From: Perna viridis
Lineage: Eukaryota
Direction: 5' to 3'
Length of the DNA stretch: 64,000 nt
Assembly: GCA_037379345.1 (NCBI GenBank)
Contig: CM074511.1
Span: 54,194,862-54,258,861 of the forward strand
The notes under the pieces: generated by a model
What the model was told of the DNA's origin: nothing
Seen by the model: the letters and a program-made list of their open reading frames with translations, nothing else
Database searches by the model: none
Shown here: piece after piece, positions 12,301-24,300 of the stretch
Numbering within the stretch: the first letter of the stretch is position 1
Layout of the letters: each line of letters starts with the position of its first letter
Position numbers and translations under genes: made by a program

Positions 12301-15300
12301 ATTATTACAGATTTCATAGTATAGACCCATAAAACAACTTAATTACAAAAATAAAGATATGTAGCCTTTTTTGGTGTGTATCACATTTTTCAGATTTTGC
12401 ATGATTCTTACAAAGACAGCCACTTAAGTATAATTAATCTGAACTTTTAGTTAATAAACTGACCAATCAATGCCCATGTCAAAACCAAATATCAACAGAA
12501 TAAAAACAATGCCAGTTTACTATGGACTAAACAGTCGTTCTGAATCTGTAGAGATCCCATGGTTTCATTTCATTCATACAAACGGTATTGGTACTTTTGA
12601 CAGGACCACTCCTGACGGGGAACTGCGTTATTATTAAAAGACTCATATCGGGTTGTTCTCACTTGCAATATGACGGGTTCCGCTGGTGGTGCAGGACATG
12701 TTTACCCTTCCAGAGCACCTGATGTCACTCCTGTTTTATTGTGGTATTTCATATATCAATTACTTTACTTTTTTCCATTATCTCCAGTTTTTACAGGTAA
12801 TCTCTTCATTTGGGTTCGCTAAATTATTTATTTATATCATCTAGGCTTTCAAGCTATATTTGTATTATCTAACTGCTGACGCTTTGGCATTTTTTGCCGG
12901 TATTTTGCAAAATACAGAAATTGTTTCTGTTCCAGTTTATTTTTTAATGTAAGAAAATAGTATTTTAGTTTTAATGATTCTGATGAGAATATATACATCT
13001 TACCAGAATATATGTCTTAGCAGGTTTTTTTGATTTAGCTAAACGATACGTACTTTTGGAATATCAGGGAGAACCTGTGCTAGTTGACAGTGCACCTCTG
13101 TCCTATGAAAAGGATCCTTCTGCTCTATTGTATCTAGCATTTGTAAGGTACAAATAACTGGATCATTGAAGAACTTTATCTGAAATTCAATATATATATT
13201 TCATTTGATGGGCAGCTGTCGTTTTCATTTGCTTCAGTTTCCTTGATTGAAATCGAAACTGACCTGAGAATCAAATATAATAATAAACCTGATGCTGTAA
13301 AACTGTTATAATTTGTCTAGACCCATTTATGGCTCTTTATATTTACATATTGTCAATTTCTAGATATTTTATACCTTATCACTTGCGTTATTTAAGAGCT
13401 TGCTTCTGTTATGTGAATTAAATTTTGGTACAGTTTTCAGCCATGCCCCATGTTTTTAAGATTCACAAAAACTGGTAACTGTGTGAACAACTCCAAAGTT
13501 AATAAAAAACTATGAATATATACATAAAATCATATACAAAAATCATATATCATAAAAGTTTGACATGGTCCTATTTGTGTCCATTCAGTGTTTCAATGCT
13601 TAGAAAGTCAATTTGACCTCGTTTATAAAAACGTAGAAAATAAATTGATTGAGATCAATGCTGTCAAATCTAATTATCAGAGCAAAGTCATTAGGTAAAA
13701 ACGGTATTTGAATTTATAAAATAAATTGTCTTTTGCAGAAATGCGTTGATTTATTGTTTTAATCTGATCTTCGACTGTCATCCTATTGTATGATTGATAT
13801 CACCTATTGAGAACCTTGTGACATTTCGTAGCCACGGAAAAGAGATAACGTAATAACAGTATCTAAAATTCTTACAGTTATGCCAATTAGGAATGCATTC
13901 TTAAAATAATTCTAGTGACTTTCCAATTACTGGTTTTAGATGTAGCAATCCCATTAAATTAAAACCGAAAGTGAAAATGCCTTTATCCTCTCGTTAAGTT
14001 TCACAAAAAGGACAAAAAGTTTTAATTTAATGTGTTAGAGCAATGTTGTTGAGCAAATGTTCAGCAAACAAGCTGACATTAGAACGTAATTAAATGTCAA
14101 ACAAAGTAGTAAATCGTAATTCGCAATGCAATTACTGAGTTTCATCACAATATGGAATGTGTCAGAATTGCAGTATTGGGCAATAGTGTCGTGTTTATTT
14201 TTGAAAATAAAATGATAGAAAAAAATTAGTTGTTATGCACAGCACCTTACAAAAAGAAAATTATACAAAATATTGTATTGCGGTGTGGCAGGGAATCAAA
14301 TAATTTGTTTGCTACTGTGTTCGAAATCAAAGTAGGAATCACATTAGAAAAGGGAAGAGAACAAGATAAAAATACTGGCACAAGTAACTTAAAATGAAAC
14401 AGATTTGTTTCACCAACCTAGAAATAGGAATCATTTTACATAAGTTTGTATATTGAATAAACCAAACAGACTATAAATATAGGAGAAGTAAACTCGTATA
14501 TCCAGATTTCAACATAAAAGAGTCGTATGTAACATTCCTGTAACGTTCACGTTCAACTTAATTGATTACGTTGGTTAATTAAGCACCATTAAAAATAATA
14601 CTTGTGCGCGAATGATTTATTTATTTGATCTTTGTTTAGAAAATCGATTACTTTAGGTAAAAAAGCATCTTGATTTTTAACAAAACAAGATAATCAAAAC
14701 TGTAAATGTCGGTTTTCGAATAAAAAAACACATGAATAAACACCAAAAAAAAATCATGTCAGTTCCATTTGTTTTAGCTGACATATTTGTTCCACTTAAC
14801 GACACCATTATTGTGTAGTGAATGTCACTTATGGCAAGGAATTGTGTTAATTCTTATACAAAAAAAATTGAGTTTTCTTAACCACAGACTTCAATACGCT
14901 TTATGTACAAGAACATATTGTAAAAAACAGTGATTATAAATTGCACGTTGCATATTTTTCATGTTGGCGTTGAAGCATTAAAGTGTGGTTAATCAAGTCT
15001 TCTTTTTCTATATATCATGGTACAAAGAATCAGCTGGTTTCTATATGCAGAAAACAGCTTCAGTAAATGTATTTTATCCTCACCATTTATGTCGTAAATA
15101 TTGCTAAGTATACAATACTAAAGCGGTATATGGCTACCAGAAATATGTTCGTTCTGGTATGATAAGATAGAGATCTTATTGAATAAGCTGCAATTGCGTG
15201 CAGTCTTTTGGGTATAAAACATGCGCTATTAACCATAACTTGTAAATAGCGAATCGAACTTAATGTTAAATCATTTCCTAGCAACTAGCGAAACAAGAAA

Positions 15301-18300
15301 TAATCAGTACTGCTTTTAGTCACACCAACATTAGTTATATCATTTCAAAAAACCTTTTTTTCATTACGCATTTCATTTGACGGAAACGCATGGAAAATGT
15401 TTGGACACCATAACAATATTGAAATACGCACAAGATTATGTTTCCTTCCAGAAACAAAGCAAAAAAATCACACAAAAATAACATGCAAACTTTCTAATTC
15501 ACTTTATTTCATTCATTCATTGAGGCACCACTACAGATGTATTTATCTTAATTCCATTGCAGTCAGTGCACAATTTATCACTGCTAATCAGACCTAATGA
15601 CAAACACTTCTCGAAGTTGAATTAGGAAATCAATTTAACCAGTTTAACAAATCTACCGTATAGAACAGATAAGATTTGCTCGTAATCCATAAAGGTCCTA
15701 TAATAAAGTTTCTCCTAGAATGCAAGCGGTAATTGATAAAGAGTATGAAACTAAAATAGTAGCAAGAACTATTACAAGAAAGGGATAAATTAGGCGTCAA
15801 AGCTTTTGCTTTTATTCCTGTTACAATCTCTTCTACTTAAGTCATTAATTACCTCCGTTTTTTTAACCACTATATATATATATGTGTGCCTGAAATATTC
15901 CCAACGATGTTAGAACTGTCAAATTTGAAGCAAATTGGTCGTTCCCTCAGAGGGATTCGAACTCGTACCGCAGTGACATCTATGGCAACACCGTCTGCAC
16001 TAAGTCCAGCGCCCTAGACCACTCGGCCAGCTAGGGTATATAAAATATAGCTTTCGCTGGCCTGGTCATTCCTTCTTGTAGGATTATTCTAGGGCTGTAT
16101 CGATGTATGGTAGTACGGGACAGCTCATCTAGGTGTTGTTATGTAGGATATGTAGGAGATCTAATTAAAGATACATGTCACCAAAAATCGATATGCACAA
16201 CCGTCTCAGAATGTGACGACTCCATTCGCTCCATCGGATCAATTGATACAAGGAAGATAACATCAGCGTAGAAGGGTCTGAAAAATTCCCAACGATGTTA
16301 GAACTGTCAAATTTGCGAATTTAACACCGGTAGGGTAATCGTCCTCTGCTTTTCTAGAAACACCCACCGAGTTGCCCATAAAAAGTCAAGTCCAGGGTAG
16401 ACGAAAGAAGAAAGGAAAACTATGAAATTCTGAACAAATCAGTTTTCAAAGAACTTAAAGTAACGAAAATAATACATACAAAGTTACAAAAGCAAAATAG
16501 CAACTCGGACTCCACGAAAAACTGGAAGCATGGACCAGGTGCACCAGTAGGGAAAGCATCATCTGCCTTTCTCGAAACACAGGCTCATAAAAAGTCTATT
16601 CGGCCTAGACGAAAGAGGACAGAAAAACTATGACAAGTTGAGCAAATCAGTTTTCGTGTCGCCGATGGATACAACGTAACAATCTAAGAGTTCATGAAGG
16701 CGACCATAAAACTTCTGTAGGGATGACTTCAATCTTGTAACAACATAACCCTGTTCCAGAAACCTAATTGTTAGAGGTCTAGCGAAATACAAAAATTCTG
16801 CGTAGTTTCGTCAAGCTCTGGCATAAAGAATGAGTTGTGATATGAACACTCCATACGCAGGTGCTGACGGGATGTTGCCACAGATAAAAAGAAAGAAGAC
16901 AATTCTGAATGAAAAATCATCACGTTTGTCGTAAACTTTGGTCAATAATTTTCCCTTACTATCGATTTCTTAGTGTAGGTCAAGATATGAGGCTGACTTC
17001 ACAGTGTCTGTAGTATCATTTATCTCAAGTTCTTTGGGGTAGATGCGATGTATCAAGTCCCCGAAATTAGGATTGTTTCAAGATAATACGACATCTATAT
17101 AACGGAATTGAGATTAAAGGATCTAGCTAGCTTTAAGAGTGAAGGAATAGGTCAGCAAGTAGAGGAGCACAATTCGTTCCCATTGAAATGCCGACCGTTT
17201 GTTGAAAAACGCGTCCACCATACTGGAGAAATATGTTGTCGATCAAAAATTCCAGCACAATTCCAGTATGAGGAATCTCTACCAAGAACTACATGTATAT
17301 ATTTGTACCTAGGTGTACCATCTTTTTTGGAACGATGTATAACTGAGTATTGGGAATAGAAGTATACAGTGTTGAAAAATCATAGGTTTTAATGCTATTA
17401 TATTTTGATGATAGTTTTGAACTGATGGTCTCCAGAAGATCTTTTGAATTTTTCAGGATCAACATTGAATTAATACCACTACGGGAGTAACAAGCGTTGT
17501 GGTAGGACTGCAGACCCTCTTTGACAGCTGCGAGTAAAGAAGTTAGAAGTTTTGAAAGAGGTTTGGTGGTACATTTTGCAGATCCAGTTATGTAACTTGT
17601 TTGTATTGATTCTTGTGGAGTTTAGGAATCCAGTACATAAACGGGAAATCATCGTCTTTGGTAAAGAGACCAAAAGAGGATAGCACCGATTTATGGTTTT
17701 CCACAATCTCTTTGGAGAGTGGTGGCAGTATATGTCTTATCATTGCTGTTTTGTTCTACGTCTACCTCTGATAATAAACATTGGATGTAAAATGTTTGCA
17801 GACAAAAATAATGTTTTGGGCTTAGTCTGCTGGTACGACAACATATTTGTCATGTATAGTAGACATTGTTTTTGCTACATCGGGGTCTTTGAAAACTAAT
17901 GTAGCATTGGCACTCATTGACCTACTTAAAACTTTCATTTGTTTCAAAATGAAAGACCACACGGCCTTTGACCACTCTACAAAGAATCAATGTCTTCTTG
18001 TTCTCGTTTTATCCATTTTCTTGCGTAGTCCTCCACGACATTCATAAGAACTTTAAAGTTATAGTTTCAATTTATGGAGCGTGGTTCATGGTACTTGGGA
18101 TCTGTAGAAAGGATATTACGCAGAGATTCGTTTTCGATGATGGTTAAATCTCCCGTAACGACGTGACGAAAGTGCCATATTTGAATGGAGAGTTTTTGCA
18201 AGAACAGTCTGGTGGTTTAGCCTTGAAGTCCTCAATCTCGAGGTTCTGCAATAGCCTATTATGATTGAACATTTTGGATGCAGTGGGTGAAAAATAGGAA

Positions 18301-21300
18301 TATGAAATAATCAGTATTAATTTGTCTTTTATTTCATACGAGATGAGTTAGATTGCAGGTGTTTTATTTAATTTGAACATATCGGCCACATGATTCAACA
18401 TACTAGATACTTTGTTAAAACTTGTCTGGATATATTAGTTTTACATGGTTGGAATATTTAATTTTTTGAAGCATGTGGTCAAAACCTCCTGCAAGACAAA
18501 ATGAAATGAAATTACCCAATTTAGCAAAATTTACACGTTTTTATATTTAACTCATATTTAACTAAATATTATGCAATATCCACACTAATTTGAGTAAGTT
18601 TATTTTCAGGGACGAATTTGATATAAACCGAATATACCCCTTTAGAATAATAATAGTTTCTTAAATAAATTCTTTCTATCAGTAATAAGTCTATTCAAGT
18701 TTTTACCAAAGCTGAAACCGTAATGACAATATCAATATGTGGAGTTTGAAGTTCATTATACAATTTGTATTTTTGAGTACAAACATGGACATCTGTTGAC
18801 TGAAAACTATGTAAAGCTTCAAGCAGCAAGTTAAATAGAAAAAAATGAAATTTTACCAGAGAGAAGAGCTGAGCGGTAGGACGATATCTTATGTCTTTGT
18901 TGATCATTTTTTCTATCGGTTCTACTAGTGGCAATGGCATCTGATGAGCAATATCACCAAAACGCTGTGTAAGCTGAGAATATAAAATGCATGTCTTTAT
19001 ATATAAATGTAGAAGTCATTTCTGTTGAAAATCCGTTTGCAAGATATAATGATTTTTTATATTTTTAAGGGCATTCTCAATCCAAAGTAAAAAAAAACAT
19101 TTAGATGAATCACAAGAGGCAATTTATCAATTACTTAATCTTAAGACAACGTGTTTAAATAAGGTAATATTCTAAATGACTCGTGTCATAAGGAAGGAAT
19201 GACCTTGCTTTATTTTATGGGGTAACTGATTCAAGTAGGCTTTTCAAAGTAGAATCTCGCACTCATTAAACATAATCAAACTGCTATTCTTAATAAAAAA
19301 TAGAAAATTGCTATTGCAAATCAATAAGTAATATTCATAATACAACATTTGGGAATAAGTATAAAACCATTGAAAAGAAACGCGTCTCGAATTTAGTCAT
19401 CATAAACCTCATATTCAAAATTTAGTAATGAGTGAATTCTACTGGTTAAATAAGTTACAATTTAATAATCAAAATAATTTTAGTAATATTAATTGCGCAT
19501 ACCAAGAACAAAAACAATACTTATTTAGCGACTACTGTTAAACTGTCGAGGGATTGATTGTATATAATATGAAGCTAGGAATATAAAGATATAAACTAAT
19601 GTACGTTTACTTGATCAAGCTGTTTGATATATTGTTGACTGTTGTAAGCGGCGTCTATCATGGGCTCTCCCCTGTTATATATGGTGCATATAAGAATCCC
19701 TAGAGAGAACATATCACTGAAGAAACTACACGTTTTGCACGTTTGGATCTCTGGCGCTATATAATTCAAATCTGGTTGAGCCATTTTGGGAAATTTAGTA
19801 CTCCATTGATGACATGGTGTCGATTCCTGTATAAGAAGAAAGGAGGATGATACCATATGAATTCAAAACGTAAAAAAATAAAACGTTAAGTTAGTAGACA
19901 ACTCTAAAAGGGTTTTTATTAATCAACTAATTTATGAGGAAAGAATCATCTATCTAAAACACATTTCTTCGTTTTTAAAAATAATCATGGCATTGTTTCA
20001 CAAAGCTTACGTAAGACTTACCTGTACTGAAGTCCAGTTGGTTAAAGATTATAACTATAACACTGAGCATTCTATTTTGTCATCTTACAAAATCATACAT
20101 GTATTTCCAATGAACTGATAATGTTTAAAATAATGTATAAACAGTATGTCTAAATTATTTCAAAAGAATTTCTTTGAGATAAAAATTAATATTGGTAAGT
20201 TATAAACAACAATTGTATTAAGCCTCTTTTTAAAAAGGGGGATAATTGGCGGTATTTGTATTTGTTTCATATTGCAAAAGTATTCGGTGACCCCATTTTT
20301 CTTTTTGAAAAATAAAGGAATGTCAGTTAAATGTTCTCAAAATAAATTTTGGAAAAAAAGTTATCTAATGATAGTTTGGGAAATATTAAAATTACCCATA
20401 AAATCCATTCAAAAATTGTCTTTATTTAGGCTCAATTATCTCGAAATCAAGTTCAGTGACCTATGATTTTACATTAAAATTCTGAAGTATGCTCATCATT
20501 CAATATCATCTTCTAGAAAAACTAGGAAAATTTATCTACTATAAAATATAAGGTATGATCTACCTTAAGGATTTACGTGTACACAAGTCTAACGAGTGCT
20601 TTCTGAAAAGATCGGAATTATAGACGTTATATGGTCGTCACATCACCGTGACTTGTTTGTCCAATGGAGGGTTATTGTTTCTAATATGAATGGTAACAAC
20701 CAAATTAGCGAACTGATAAAAACTTGACAGTAGTTAAAACGAAACCTAAAAGGAAAGTAATGGCAATATCAGGACAAATTTTGAAAGTTGGTCCTGACTT
20801 GGTACAGGCATTTCAAAATGAAAGGTGGTTTAAACCAGGTTTTATAGTGCTAACCCCCCAGCCTCAATTATTTTTCATTGTTTCCGGTACATTTCAGCAA
20901 AACATGAGCAACATCAAATTGCCACCAGTCAAAATCTGTAATATATGATTAACGACCTTCATTTGTCATAAATGTACTTTCTATTTTATCAGGCTTGTTC
21001 TTCAAGTAATAGCACTGTTTTTGTTTTGCTTGAATAAGAAACCAACCATCTATTCGTGCATCTGCGATCTTCCTGCTTTCAAGTGAGCTCATGCTATTCG
21101 TTTCAATGTGCTTTTTCATTCCTTTAAAATTGATAATTTTACTTCTTTTTAAGAATTATTTCTGCTTGAAACACTAAAATCATGTACACGAGGTTTTTTG
21201 TTTTTTACTCGTGAAAAATCCTGACCCTTTTTTGGCAGAGTTTAAAATATAATAATGCTTTGTGTCCAGTCAGATGTTACATAATTCATTATCATGTCTT

Positions 21301-24300
21301 TTGTGTGACAATACCAATTATACTGAATAGAAATTGAACCATGTAAACTCCTTGCTAATGTAATTTTCTTAAAAGTTAAAATATTGCCTTCAGTCAAAAC
21401 AATGAATATAAGATATTTTTAATCAACAATTATCGTTGAAATTGACTGTAAAATTATCCTAAATAGGAAAATAAAAGACAATGGAGTGGGACAATCCTGG
21501 GGCCTTCTAATAAAACAGACTTCCTTGTCATTAAAGAGTTCTAAATCAGCTGAAAACACTTATTATACAGCAGCTTTTACATGACATGAAAATCACAATG
21601 ATCGATTCATTCTGTTAGAAGACCCCATTGCTTGGAGACAGGAATCAGCAAGTAATTACTTGCTGGATCAATCACTGAAAATAGTCCGGTTAAAAACAAC
21701 GTCAAATCTATCAACACAAAAATAAATGTGACATAAAACTCCTAAACCGAAATGTATATTATCTATCATGGATGAAATCGAGATGTTATTTGCGTCTTTA
21801 TAGTTTGTGTCTTCCATCAACATACGATGCACTTTATTGTGATTATTTCAACTTTAGACAGATAAACAGTTAGAGATGGCATGAACCTAACACCTAACAA
21901 ATAATAACAAACAATAAATAATATAATACACTGCTTATTAAAGATTATGGAAATAATCCTTCCTTTGCTGAATAGAATTACAGCCTACGCCTGTTCCATA
22001 CCAAATATGATATGAAAAATAAATACAAGAGGATATACTTTTCATGAAAGATATCTATTTATTATATTGTCATAATTTCATTTCATATGTACTGTGAAAG
22101 AGAGAATTTATCTTTTTTTTTTGAGTCTCATATAAATCGAGTTTTTCATAATAAGCTATTAAATCCCCTTTCGTCGAACCATAAATGAGAATTGCTCACA
22201 GTTTTCCTAATTTTAGAAATTGACATTAATAAACAAATCTTAACCAATTCTATTGTGCAATGTTATAAACTCGAGAATCATTTTAACAATAATTCCAGAG
22301 TACAAGTAAATATGTTACTTTTACTAACGTGTTTAACTTATTACATACTTTCCATTTTTCAAAGCAATTGTTAACATTCTATTCTTTAAAGCCCATACAT
22401 CTATTTGGCTACAGGAAACTTAGTTTTTACTAGCAGTGATTGGTTAAAATTGCGTACCTTTCCTTCTCTGATTTTTTCTGCGAATCCTAAACCTGCAAGC
22501 TTCCATGTTCCCCTAGTGGTGATGACAACACTCTGTGGACACACATTTCTATGGACAAGTTGTTCGGTACCGTGGAGGTACGATAAGGCTTCTGTGATCT
22601 GTGAACATATTTAAAATCGCCAGTTTTAATGAAGTTAATTTTCTTTAAAACAAAATAGCACCACAAAGGTAAACGGCTTAATATATAATATCTCTACAAG
22701 ATAGCTAATGCTATAGAGAATGTTATAGAACATCATTTTAATGCTTTCATTAACTTTAATGTAATAAAGATAGAATAAAAAAGTTTTTATATATCTTATC
22801 TTAATTGAAACAGGCAAGTGCATAGAATAAGAAGGCTTTGATTATAAAATCATGGCTGTATGTATTTTTTTCTTTTTCGTATATAAAAGAGAAGGGAAAA
22901 TAAAGATAAAATTGTAAATGAATGCATATCATGTAATCATACAAAGACAAAAATGACAAAGATATTGATCCACTTGTTATATAAAGTTAAAAATTCAATT
23001 AGAAATATATGTTTTCACGGATCTGTGATGGGAAATCAGGTTATTGTGTCATGAATCTATCGACAAATGTGTTGAGTTTCCGCGGTAAAATAATCTACTT
23101 AAAACGAAGGAAATATTGAATAGGGGATATCTTTTTCCATTATCAAGATCTATAAGTATGAAAGAGTGTTCATGATAAATTTGGTATAGCAATAATCACT
23201 TAATGCAATGAGGATGCTAAAACAAGTCTTGATTTGAAGTCAATGATTCTTCAAATATTTCCCTGACGTAAATTTTTTTTTTTTATATAAAATTACTTAA
23301 ATATAACGAGAACAGGTATAGTGTATATGTTAAAGAGACAACAACTCCCCCGGAATGAATACGTCAGCCCAAGGCCATTGGTCTTCACTGAACTACGAGG
23401 AAATCGTCATAACACAGGACAGCTGTCCCCAAAACATCATTATACACAGGAACAGCGAAAGATTTGCCACTATATACTCAAGTAACTAGAAGTGAAAACG
23501 TAACAAGACATACAGAGGCAGAAACTCTCGATTTGGGACAGTCGCAAAAAGTGCAGCGGGGTTAAAGTACTTTGGGGTGATCACAAACCTCCCCTTTAAA
23601 ATCTTATCACTGTGGAAAAACATTACACAATCGAACACTTCGAAAATCAGTTCAAAAAGGTCCGAGTCCCTTGTTACTTCGGAAATAAATAAATTGAACA
23701 GTACAATAATGGCATGACAATGAAATGAAAATTTCGAGATTATATTAATAGATTAATATCCAGACGATTTAACATCTCAATCTTAGTCTGTTTCTTGTCT
23801 CTTTTAATTGATCACCACATTAATTCTCTGTGCATTTCCTGTGTTTGTTTGTGGTTTCTGTTTTTTATTATTCGTTGCTTGATCTTTGTTTTATTTTACT
23901 TTCTATTTGGAAGTGTTTAAATGCAAGTAAATAAGGACTTAAATTCATATAGTTTCTTATCCATCCTCACAGTTATACTGGATATAACATGAACAACTCA
24001 ACAGTTGATTATATAAATTAGGAACGCTTATACCCTACCGGTACAGCTTATTCTTGATTTGTTTCCAATTTCATTAAGATTTAATATTGTGGGTGTTACT
24101 ATATGGCCATGCATTAAGTTCGTTGTTTTTTCCATCTTTTTTTCGTCTACGCACTTCAAATATAAGTTCTTAATGATACAGTTATCTTGGTTATTTTTGA
24201 TTTCTCTTATAAATATACTACTACTTGCAAAAGAAAATGAATTAGGATTAAAACATAATACACTATGGATCGTATACAAACTCAAAACTCAGAATACTCA

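Noticed and set aside
12980-13020. CTGATGAG hammerhead box (also at about 27263 minus and 57279 plus)
   Set aside because: No properly spaced stem II plus GAAA box follows.
14878-14992. TTAA-CCAC...GTGG-TTAA mini element
   Set aside because: The inverted match is too short to distinguish from chance in AT-rich DNA.
15944-16036. Functional tRNA-Leu gene
   Set aside because: The anticodon loop is too short, the T-stem and acceptor stem are mismatched, and the variable region is oversized. It is better explained as a tRNA-derived repeat.
16811-16813. TGA at a conserved Cys (YARA*RNY) as a selenocysteine codon of a seleno-Naiad
   Set aside because: The sister copy at 55 kb has TGC. This copy also has TAA/TGA stops at non-Cys positions and frameshifts, and I saw no convincing SECIS, so decay is the simpler explanation.
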